The notes beneath the pieces were generated by a model. That model did not search any database. It saw only the letters and a list, made by a program, of their open reading frames with translations, and was not told the DNA's origin. A stretch of DNA of 47,398 nt from Spirogloea muscicola (taxonomy: Eukaryota), in contig WELB01000029.1 of assembly GCA_009602725.1 (NCBI GenBank), positions 470,055-517,452 of the forward strand, written 5' to 3'. The translations under genes and the position numbers were made by a program. Positions 37,178-47,398 of this stretch are shown here, one piece after another (the first letter of the stretch is position 1; the number at the start of each line of letters is the position of its first letter).

Positions 37178-40100
37178 TCACAGCAGCCCTCTTCGGCGCT
37201 TGTAGTCGTTAACAGTGAGTACAAGTGAGTGCCGCCGGCTGTCGCTGCTGCCCACCTGCAACATCACCAAAGCAGCACAAACCCAATTACCAGACATATA
37301 CCGAAGCTCTTAAGTGAAAGCTGTAAATGAAGATTGCCTGCAAGTCATGTGTGCATTTCAGTGTGCCAAGCGACAATGAGACTATAAACTGCGCGAGCCT
37401 TGGCTGCCTTTGGCAAAATCAAAGCATGCGGTAACCAACTGACCTGCACGCCGCAAGTGACCTCCTGCCGCCGTTTGCGTGCCATGAATGCAGCGGCAGG
37501 GCCGCCTGCGACATTCATTTTGTGCAGGATGGAGAGGTCAATCGGCAGGTCAAAGTTGTGGCCAGGCATGACATGTACGCCATCATCCACCGGCGCTGAC
37601 GTATTGGCCAGCAGCGGCTGCTCAACAGCAGCATTTGCTGTATCAAAGCCGGCGGCAGCAGCGGCGGCGGCAGCAGCAGCAGTAGGGCTGGCAGTCGAGC
37701 CCAGCTCGCGCGCCAGCTTGGCTGCCACAGGGTCCTCCGCGTGCATAGCTGCATTGGTGGCCCCAGCCCCTGCCTCAGCTTCGACCTTGACGACAGGGCT
37801 CTTGTAGTAGTTCTGAGACCGCGTCCAGCGACGTGAGAAGGGGTCATAATTTGCCTCCCCGAACGCGCCACCACCAGCCATGGCTGCTGCAGCGCCCGCC
37901 TCACTTGCAAGCTTGAAATTCTGCTGCCGATTCCGCTTGTTCATCTCTGCAAGCGTTGCAGCGCGCGACTTTGTTGCCCGCCCAGCGAGCTGCAACCGGT
38001 GCTTTGCATCCAGCTCCTCAATCTGCCACACCGCTTTCAGTATAAGCTTTCAACTCTCCGCAGCGAACCTAGAGCTAGGCAAGATGATTACAAAAATCCT
38101 CACACTACTGACTCTGCATACATCAGGTACGAAGTCATGAACGGGATTGCCAGGCGACCTACTTACCAAGGCCTGCGCCTTTGCTGCCTCTTCGGTGTCT
38201 CCGCGCTGCTCTGCTAATTCCTTCTCCTGCAGCAGCCGCCCTTTTTCAAGTGCAAAGCTGCGTGGCCCCGACGCCGCCAACCGCTTCTCTTCCAACATCT
38301 GCTTTACTGCTGCGGCGGTGTACCGGTAGCTGTTAACTTTGGCCAGCGCGTCCCGTTTCTCGTCCACGTCTGCCTTGGTGAGCCTGCACTACCAGCCAAT
38401 TCAAGAACTTCCACAATCAGCATCTGAAGAATATGTGACTGATACACGATATTGCATTTGCCAAGCTTCACGTAATGATTGGTGCTGGCACAAGTGGCAC
38501 AAGTGCATTGCATCTCTACATATTGAAGTTGAAGCACAAGATCCATGTCGTACAAACATCTGAAAGCTCAATACATCCACTGCCAGTCCTAACAGCATTC
38601 AAAGACTGACAACCACTTGAAGACTACAATGTGATATGAAGACTGAGGGTGCTGCTGGCGAGATGCGGTGTAGAGTTGAGGTCTTGGGGTGCCCTCCTAG
38701 ACACTCACTTGCGGAGCCCGGCCTTGTCAAGCTCGCGCACCCACTCCTCAATCTCGCGCACCTTCGGCGCCGTGTCGGAGACCCGGGCCATCTGCCAGCG
38801 GGCACGCTTGTCGCCCCACTGGCAGTCCAGCCACTTGTGCGTCGTTTTGCTCTCCAGCTTGTACTGCGCACCCGGCCATGACACCCCATCGCCAGTAGTG
38901 GGGTCAACGGCGACCCTGGCGTACACAAGTCTCAGCTGCCCAAATGCCTACACCCCAGATGCTACACCTTGAAGCTAGCATGAGCCCCGAAATGATAGCA
39001 CTCCTCCTTCCTTATGCAGTATGTCCACTTCTGTGACCTCCACAACTGAAACCCAAAGACCTGCCCAAGCACCAGCTCTGCAGGTACAAGGCCATCTGCG
39101 CGAAGCGATTTAGCAGTTGCGATCCTGCAGAGGGTGAGAGCTGCACCTGCTTTGAGGTGTCCTTGCCGTCCACGGCCACGACCTCGCAGACGCGGTATAC
39201 AGCCACGCCGCTGCCTGACGTCCCGATGCCTAGCCGCACAAGGCAACCTACAATGAGCTCCTGCAGAGGTAGCAGGGCAGCGACCATTAGCACATCGCCC
39301 CACTGCCATGCTGTGTTGAGACACAGCATGCACATCATATTCTGAGCGTCACAACTGAGACTTTGTCCAATTGATATCACTGCTGAATGATGTCAGAGCA
39401 TGTTTGTCAAAAGCTCTGGCTCAAAAGCTCAGGTAGAGAGTACTGCTGATGCAGTCACAACTGTGGATTAGGTGCTTTGCTTCAAATATAAGTTTCCACC
39501 AGTGGTTCTACTAAAGTTGCACCGTTTGTCATTGCTGATGAGGCCTGTCATGTTGCTCACTACTTGAGTGCAAAGTATAGGTTGCACTTCAAGCCCTGCT
39601 GTATACAAAGATCTGCTCAACCTCCATGTCTCCCCCATTCTGCTTCTAGCTGCTGGTGCTCACCTCAAAGAAAGGCTCCTGGAACCACTTGATGAGCTTG
39701 TGGCGGCGCACGACAATGCTCAGAAGGTCCTCTGGCATCACATCTGGCTCGCCACGACCCTCATCGTCGTCCTCATCGTCATCGTCGTCCGACCGCACGC
39801 CGGCGCCGAGCTCGCGGCCACCACCATCAGAGCGCCGCCCCCGGCTTGTGCTGCTGCTTGCTGCCTCCTCCTCCTCTTCGCGACCGCTTCGGCTCTCGCT
39901 ATCAGACTCATCAGGCGGGCTGTAGCTATCCTCACGGACGCCAGTACGCCTTGTTGATCTGCCGCCACCCCTGGCAGGGGGCTCCTGCTGAGAGCGCTGC
40001 CGGCGAGCCACGAGCTCATGCAGAGCGCTCTCCTTGGCAGTTCGCGGCGTGTCACCGCGCGCTGATGCGCGACCGCGCGACACTGGCGGAGGTGGCGGCT

Positions 40101-41503
40101 CCTGATCCCGCTCCTCGTGCTCCTGCTCGCGCTCCTGCTCCCTCTCCCGCGCCCGCTCTGCCTCCTTCTTCTCTGCCGCCTTCTGGAGGCGCTGCAGGCA
40201 GCAAGATTGCAACATGGCATGACTAGACGTCAGGAAGTAAGTCAAAAGCAAATAATGCAATGAGCTGTCAATGCCTATTGCTGGTTCTGGTCACACTGGT
40301 TCAATGCTTGCACATGACAGGCCAACAAGCAGCCCGCCTCCTACACTGTTGAGCCCAGGCCAAAAGTCAACTGTTGCCAGACGTTCAGTTCAGTTGACGC
40401 TGGGGCCAGGTGTGGAGAGGATAATGAATGGAGAAAGGGGAATCTCAGGAGCGGAGTAAAAGCCAGTGTGGACAGAGGAAGAAATGATGGAGGGGGGGGA
40501 GAGGAGAGGGGGGGAGTGAGGAGACGAGTAAGAGGAGGAGGAAGCTTGGAGCATAGATCGTGGCCAGTACTTTGGTTGTGAGGAGCTGCTCGCGCTGCTC
40601 CGCGCGCTCAGCCAGGATCATCTCGCGCTCAAGCTCAGTCATGGCCATGAGCTTGCGCTTGTCCTCCTTGCTCTTGTACAGGTCGCTGCACCCCGGATGC
40701 AGCCAATGAGAAGCAATGACTTTGTGCTGCCATGACCAAATAACAGTAATGCTGCAGCTCAACAGAAAGCAGCATGCTGCCATAGTGGTGGCACATTACA
40801 CTCACCTCCCAAAGGACAAATCGCTGTCAGAGCTGCCCTTGCGGGCGCTGTCGTCGCTGTCATTGTCAACCCCGTCGTCCGCATCATTGTTCCCTCCGTC
40901 CCCGTCCTCATCGTCCTTGTCGCCGAAGCGCTTCTTCAGCGGCATCCTGGAGCCCTGATCGACCAAGAGCAAAGTTGGCGCGACAACCGAGCGACGCAGA
41001 CCATAGTCAGACTTGCATGACTGTGGAGCTTGTGACTGATTCCGGAGACCCAGCGTCATAATTACTGTGAGTACTGGTGTCCATGATGACTAACAATGGC
41101 CGGCTCATTGATTCAGTAGTGCTTCGCTCTGTCCAAATAAGCTAGGGCATAATCTGCTCAGCTCTGCCGACTGCTTCAAGTGTGGCTGCCAACCTTGGTC
41201 CGCTGCCCGCGGTCGCGGCCATCACCCTCGTCGTCTCCTGAACAGGTCAGGCGGCACGCAAGGCCCGGTAAGGCCCCCTTGGATAACTCCATAGGCGGCA
41301 CACCATAGTGGCGCCTCAATGGAATGGATAGAAGGCAGTGTTTGAGATTAATTGCCAGTACTTCCGGCCACTAACCTTCGCTCGACGAGTCACTGGGAGG
41401 ACGGGCCTTCCGCGCGGACGTCGGCGGCGGCGGGCCACTGCCTCCTCGCTTGGAGCGGCCCGCCACCTGCAGCAGCTCGTCCTCGAGAGAGAAGTCCGCC
41501 ATG
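37178..41503 (-). CDS. RTF1: PAF1-complex subunit RTF1 (Plus3 domain)
   Basis: Starts MADFSLEDELLQVAGR. Contains SDLYKSKEDKRKLMAMTELEREMIL, Plus3 RRHKLIKWFQEPFFE|ELIVGCLVRLGIG, DPFSRRWTRSQNYY, and ends LTVNDYKRRRGLL*, as in plant VIP5. Confidence 0.94.
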
Positions 41504-42409
41504 GATCTCAGGCCGCGCCGCGCCGCGCCGCGCCGCGCCGCTCGAGAGAGAGAGGCCGCCGCCGGCAGCCCTGACGGCGATGGCGGCGTCAAGAGTGGGC
41601 CGCCGCAGCCGTCCTCCGGCCCGCCCCGATGTCGTCGCCGCAGGCGGCGGCCCGCCCCGGCAGTCACTCGACAATCGCACAGCCGCGCCGCTGCGCCGGG
41701 TCGAGGAGCTGGCAGAGAGCTCTCCCGGCGGCGGCGGCGGCGGCGGCGGCGGGCGGCGGCGTCGGCGGGCGCGCCAGACGACCTGTCTCTGCCAGACTCG
41801 CCGGACTCTCCACTCAGATAGTCTTGCATGTACGCCACTCGTTGTTGGCCTGAATGCTGCCATTTGACTTGCAGTTCTCTCCTAATTGTCCTCATATTGT
41901 GCAGCAAAGTTGCTCGTACCTTGCTCACAGGCGAGTCATTCGACTGGTTTGCTGAGGCCATCGATGTGCCACTCTGAACATAGCGGACAGGTATTGTCAG
42001 GCCATTGATGATTTGTCCTCACTTGGATTTCCCATTGTAGCCGTATTGGGCACCGGAGACCAGCGCCGGAAGTCGGTCACCAAGGCAACGGCCGCACGTG
42101 CACAGGGCACGGCGTCTCATTCGCGCGCTACCGGTCGACCAATGCCTGGGGCCGCATGACGTCTAGCGCCACGTGGCGGAAGCTCCCGGCCGGCCGGCCA
42201 ACTGAAGCGGGCTAACAGGAAGTTAAGGCACAATGAGCTAACAGTCTAACTGGTACGGAACTTATAGTTAGGAGCAGGCGTTGGTGCCGCACCACCGTTA
42301 AGGGCCCCTGATTACCACATCAATCCTGCAAAGTGGCTGTGGACCACTTAGAATCTTAAGCCCTCGATTGATCCTTAGTAAGACTTACCGTCTCCATTGC
42401 TTGGCCATT

Positions 42410-42441
<32 letters not shown>

Positions 42442-42737
42442 TACCGCCGCGATCGCCGCCGACGGAGAGAGAGAGGCGCGCCGGCAGACGGAGTGGAAGG
42501 AGGAGGCGGGGTAGGAGGCGGCGCAGCCGTGTCACGGCGACCGCTTCCGCCGGCGGCAGTTGCCAGGGGCTGCGCGGCGCCTTCGCAGGAGAGCGCGAGG
42601 AGGGGGGAGGGGGAGAGAAAGAGAGAGAGGGAGAGAGAGAGGAAGAGAGAGAAGAGAGAGAGAGAGAAGAGAAGAAAGAGGCAGACGGAGGTGGCCGATA
42701 GGTGAGGGGCCAGAGAGTGGAGGCGACTCAAACGGCA

Positions 42738-42770
<33 letters not shown>

Positions 42771-43685
42771 AATGGCCAAGCAATGGAGACGGTAAGTCTT
42801 ACTAAGGATCAATCGAGGGCTTAAGATTCTAAGTGGTCCACAGCCACTTTGCAGGATTGATGTGGTAATCAGGGGCCCTTAACGGTGGTGCGGCACCAAC
42901 GCCTGCTCCTAACTATAAGTTCCGTACCAGTTAGACTGTTAGCTCATTGTGCCTTAACTTCCTGTTAGCCCGCTTCAGTTGGCCGGCCGGCCGGGAGCTT
43001 CCGCCACGTGGCGCTAGACGTCATGCGGCCCCAGGCATTGGTCGACCGGTAGCGCGCGAATGAGACGCCGTGCCCTGTGCACGTGCGGCCGTTGCCTTGG
43101 TGACCGACTTCCGGCGCTGGTCTCCGGTGCCCAATACGGCTACAATGGGAAATCCAAGTGAGGACAAATCATCAATGGCCTGACAATACCTGTCCGCTAT
43201 GTTCAGAGTGGCACATCGATGGCCTCAGCAAACCAGTCGAATGACTCGCCTGTGAGCAAGGTACGAGCAACTTTGCTGCACAATATGAGGACAATTAGGA
43301 GAGAACTGCAAGTCAAATGGCAGCATTCAGGCCAACAACGAGTGGCGTACATGCAAGACTATCTGAGTGGAGAGTCCGGCGAGTCTGGCAGAGACAGGTC
43401 GTCTGGCGCGCCCGCCGACGCCGCCGCCCGCCGCCGCCGCCGCCGCCGCCGCCGGGAGAGCTCTCTGCCAGCTCCTCGACCCGGCGCAGCGGCGCGGCTG
43501 TGCGATTGTCGAGTGACTGCCGGGGCGGGCCGCCGCCTGCGGCGACGACATCGGGGCGGGCCGGAGGACGGCTGCGGCGGCCCACTCTTGACGCCGCCAT
43601 CGCCGTCAGGGCTGCCGGCGGCGGCCTCTCTCTCTCGAGCGGCGCGGCGCGGCGCGGCGCGGCGCGGCCTGAGATCCATGGCGGA
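41495..43685. repeat. Inverted repeat with 946-bp arms (41495-42440 and 42740-43685) and a 299-bp spacer
   Basis: The arms are reverse complements (paired coordinates sum to 85180), and the ORF track gives mirrored identical translations. Inner ends lie in (GCC)n/(GGC)n runs; the outer right end is at the n at 43686. Confidence 0.95.
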
Positions 43686-43686
43686 N

Positions 43687-46022
43687 CGCTGCGGCCGGCC
43701 ACCGACGTGGCGTGCCAGGAGGGCAACCGCCACGCCGCCGTGGACCGCACGCTCGACGCTGCCGCCTTCCACAGCTGGCGGGAGGTCGACAACCCCTGGA
43801 CGGCCGAGGACGAGGCTGACGGAGGTCTGGCGCTGCTGCCATCGCCAAGCACTTGCGCTGTCGCAGCCGCTGCCGCTGCAGTTGCAGGCTAGCTGTGCGA
43901 CTGCCACTGACGTTGGCCGGTGGCGCAATGCGTGCAGGCGATCTGACGTACGTCAACCTGCTGCTCAACCCCGAGGGATACACGGGCTACAAGGGCGACT
44001 CGGCGCGCCGCATCTGGCAGGCCATCTACGCCGAGAACTGCTTCAGTGGTAAGCCTTGGCCGGCTCGCAAGCTTGGACTGCTACGATAGCATGCCAAGAC
44101 GCTCGTCAGTAATCGATAATGGTTCAACAGCAAGGCACTGCTTGCCAATGTGTCTCCATTTGTTCCTAAAGCTTACTCTATTGGCGTGGCCTGCTGCCTG
44201 TCTTTCCCCGGATAGGCGGCCTGAACGATACCTGCACGGAGCGCCGTATCTTCTACCGCCTCATCTCAGGCCTGCACACCTCCGTGTCGACACACATCGC
44301 TGCTCACTACCTGCTTGACCAGGCACAAGATCAGGTGCGCCGGCGGAATGCTGCTGCAGATAGTGTACGATGAGATTAGGTGTTGCTCTCAATATTTATC
44401 GGGACTATATTTCATCATTGCAGGACTTCACAGCTGGAGTTGCCCCACTCTGTAGCTCACTCCTCATCTTCACTTCCGTTTGTGTATAGTCATTTCAGTG
44501 TGATTGATCATCAAAGTCAATGCCTTTAATAGGAAGTGTGCTCCACTTTGCTGCTGTCTTGCTATTCACCTATATGTGGAGGCTAAAATTGATCACGAGG
44601 CGGCATGCTGATGTTTCATTGCAGTGGGGTGAGAATCCTGCCATCTTCAAAGAGCGGGTCGCGGACGACCCGCAGCGTCTGCAAAATCTCTACTTCACCT
44701 TTCTGTTTGTGCTCCGCGCCGTCATGAAGGTGCGCTGACTCTAGCCTCACAGAGGCCAAATGCAGAGCTTTTGTTCCATGCTAGAAGGGCAGTCAATGAT
44801 TGTAGCTATCTTATTGTAGCTAGTACTGGCAAAAGATACGGTCATGGAGCTGCACGCTCTCCAAGCTTCTGTTCAAGCAGACCAGCCAGATAGCGTCAAG
44901 CCTATTAGCTCTGCTTCATGTCGTTAATGTAAGGAATCCTTTGTAATGAGCTCACCAACAGATCATAGTATACTGGCTCGGTCTGCAGGCTTCGGAGTAC
45001 CTGTCACAGGCCGAGTACAGCACGGGCAACTCGGGGGAGGACGCGGAGACGTCGGCGCTCATGGACCGCTTGGTGCATCACGAGCGCCTGCACGCGGCCT
45101 GCCCTGTGCCCTTTGACGAGGCACAGATGTGGAAGGGCGCCGATGGCCTGGAGCTCAAGCACCAGCTGCAGGGTCACTTTCGCAACATCAGGTGCACCAG
45201 TCATGCCCTTTACTCTTGAACATCTCTTATGCTTGGACGTTGACTTAGACTGTAAATGCTCCTCGTTGCCCTGACTCCACAAACATAATTAGACTTGGAT
45301 TCTTGCAATCCACACACTTTGATGCCTGGGTCAGGTCAATTTGTGGCATAAACTGGCCTTCACATTCAGCTTCTTTTGAAATCACGTTACCTTGTCAGCT
45401 GTGACGCACGGTGCAAAGCATCTGCATAGAGCTGATTTGACGGGTGCCTTGTGGGTCGGCAGTGCGCTTATGGATTGCGTCGGGTGCGAGAAGTGCCGGC
45501 TGTGGGGCAAGCTTCAAATCCTTGGCCTTGGCACCGCACTCAAGATCCTCTTCTCTGTTGATGCTTCAAATCCTAAGGAGAGCGTGGTGAGTTCACCGTT
45601 TTGCAAGAAAAAGAACATGCAAATACAAGCAGCTGGTGAAGTCATGCTGTCACTGGTAATCTTGATGTGACTGTTATGGAGGGCATCGTTATAAAGGAGC
45701 GTTGTTCGCTGTCCGTCACGTATTTGATAGGCAGCTACCTCTCTGGACGCTGACAGAATCTCTCACCACTACCTCTGTCTCTGAGTTGCAGCTCCATCTG
45801 CAGCGCAACGATGTGATTGCACTCATCAACCTCCTGGCGCGCCTCTCGGAGTCGATTGAGCTGGCCTCCCGCTTTCTTGAGGTGCTGGGCAGCCGCTTTG
45901 GCAGCAGCGCTACCGATGCAGCCGACATGACACCCTTGAGTTTGGCCCGCGATGGCGGCTCTAGCGGCGGCAGCTCGGCAAATACCGGCCAGGTTCTCTT
46001 GGACTCGGTACTCCCAGCTTGA
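43687..46022 (+). CDS. ERO1: ER oxidoreductin 1; N-terminal exons missing
   Basis: [106 protein letters not shown] (CxxCxxC), [11 protein letters not shown]. Confidence 0.95.
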
Positions 46023-46802
46023 GGAGTCATTAACGCTCTGGATACGGCCCCCAGTCTGCTCAGATGCTCATCACTTAAATCACACACGTTGTAGTGGCTA
46101 TGCTTCGCCACACAGCCGAGAATATGTTTCAATTGTATGTCTGGTGGATGCAGCTTGAGCAGCACTACCAGGCAGCTCTTCCTTGCTTGCTTGTAAGAGT
46201 TGATGTGGCGACAAGCTCATAACCAACGCCCTCACGTGGTCATTAATCAGAGCTCTAAAAGAAATCAAGCGCACTGAAGTCACAGGCGCATGAGGAGCTG
46301 CTTTCCTTCTCTGTGACATGGCCATCTAGCATGAATTGCCAGTAATGAGCCTGAAAGCGCCAAGAACAAATTCTCAGACAACTATCGCGACTGCCAATTA
46401 AAAATCGGCTGCTGTGCTACTGCGGACCAGGGAGGTGGGATCTACATCTGCAGCTAAGCTCAAAGTTGGGGTAGATGGGATTGCAATAATGACATCAAGC
46501 ACCCACAATACATGGCAAGCACATGCGTAAGACGTACGCAGAGGTCGGCCAGCACACAGTTGCAGGATAGGCCCTGCCGCTGGTGCCGTAGCCAACGCAC
46601 ATACTGCGATGCTCCTGCAAGCTGCCTCTCCCCTGGTCTTGTGAGAGTCCGTGTTTGCTGCCGACCAGCAGAGCGCGCCTCAGCAGGCAGGTCAATGTAG
46701 CGAGTCGCAGCCAGTCGTCGCCGCAGACCGACTTGGGCGATGACACAAAGCTTCGGAGTGCCATGGGCTTCAGTCACAGGGCCATGGGCTGCCTGGTCTC
46801 AA

Positions 46803-47398
46803 TCATGCCGCCGGTTGGGAAGCGTGCGCTGGCTCCAGCGGCGGCGGCTGCTCGTCCAGGATGTCCCAGATGGCGTTGGTCACGTCGAAGGCCGAGAGCC
46901 CAGCGGTGGCGACCTCGAAGGGCCGCACGTCGCCGCCAGCCAGGACGCGGCCCGCCACGCGGCCGGGCACGTCGGGGTCCCACGCGAGCTTCGACGCGTG
47001 CCCATATAGCGTCAGCTCGTGCCTGCGCAGCAGGAAGCGCCCGGAATTAAGTGCGGCAGAGTCGCCTAGAGCTAAATTTCAGAGCCCCATACCGACTAAT
47101 TGTCCAAGATTATCATGGTGCTGCCAAGACAGTATGAATGACCACTTCGTATTCCACAGACTGGCAGCAGGTGCGGCGGAGCCAGTGGGCGCCCATCTCA
47201 CAGTTTCACCGACTAGTTGCCATTAAGTAACCCTAATGTGCTGCCAAGACAGTAAGCGTGACCACTAACTAACCCAACATCACACTGGCAGTAGGTGCGG
47301 CCGTCTCACAGCGTGCGGGGGGCCTCCTGGCGGGCGAGGCGCTGGAGGCGCGCGGTGCGGGCGCGCAGGGCGCCCTCCTCGGCGCGCAGCGCGGCGGC
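46803..47398 (-). CDS. SPC24: Kinetochore Ndc80-complex subunit SPC24 homolog, last two exons
   Basis: Exons 47310-47398 and 46803-47022 join in frame: coiled-coil ..RLQRLARQEAPRTLHELTLYGHASKLAWD..VAGRV..VRPFEV..SAFDVTNAIWDIL, resembling the Spc24 C-terminal RWD pattern. Not in the ORF track. Confidence 0.75.

Overview
Eukaryotic, GC-rich, intron-dense nuclear DNA. The proteins are plant-type, so a streptophyte green alga is the best guess (inference, no species claimed). Spliced genes in order: last exon of mitochondrial HSP60 (+); TBL/PC-esterase O-acetyltransferase (+); PTB3-type RRM protein (-, 5' part missing); orphan last exon of an ATXR2/SMYD5 SET methyltransferase (+); IMP1 protease (-); ataxin-3 (-); SAMHD1/VENOSA4-like dNTPase (+); ORC5 (-); a second, divergent GDS/DxxH esterase (-); ZMAT5 (+); RTF1/VIP5 (-); ERO1 (+, 5' part missing); SPC24 (-). 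The main discovery is in three intergenic clusters (about 1.8-3.5, 11.9-13.3 and 25.9-31.6 kb). They consist mostly of 5'-truncated 3' ends from at least five related families of restriction-like-endonuclease (CRE-like) non-LTR retrotransposons. I can reconstruct 11 insertions of one element into another, each with a 6-10 bp target-site duplication (TSD), including two three-level nests. Removing the inserts restores the host reading frames. All families share a terminal GGCTGG..CAGCC hairpin module. Several oddities are probably assembly artefacts: a 946-bp inverted repeat, a poly-G join between two truncated genes, and single-n gaps. Exon coordinates were read by eye and may be off by a few bases.
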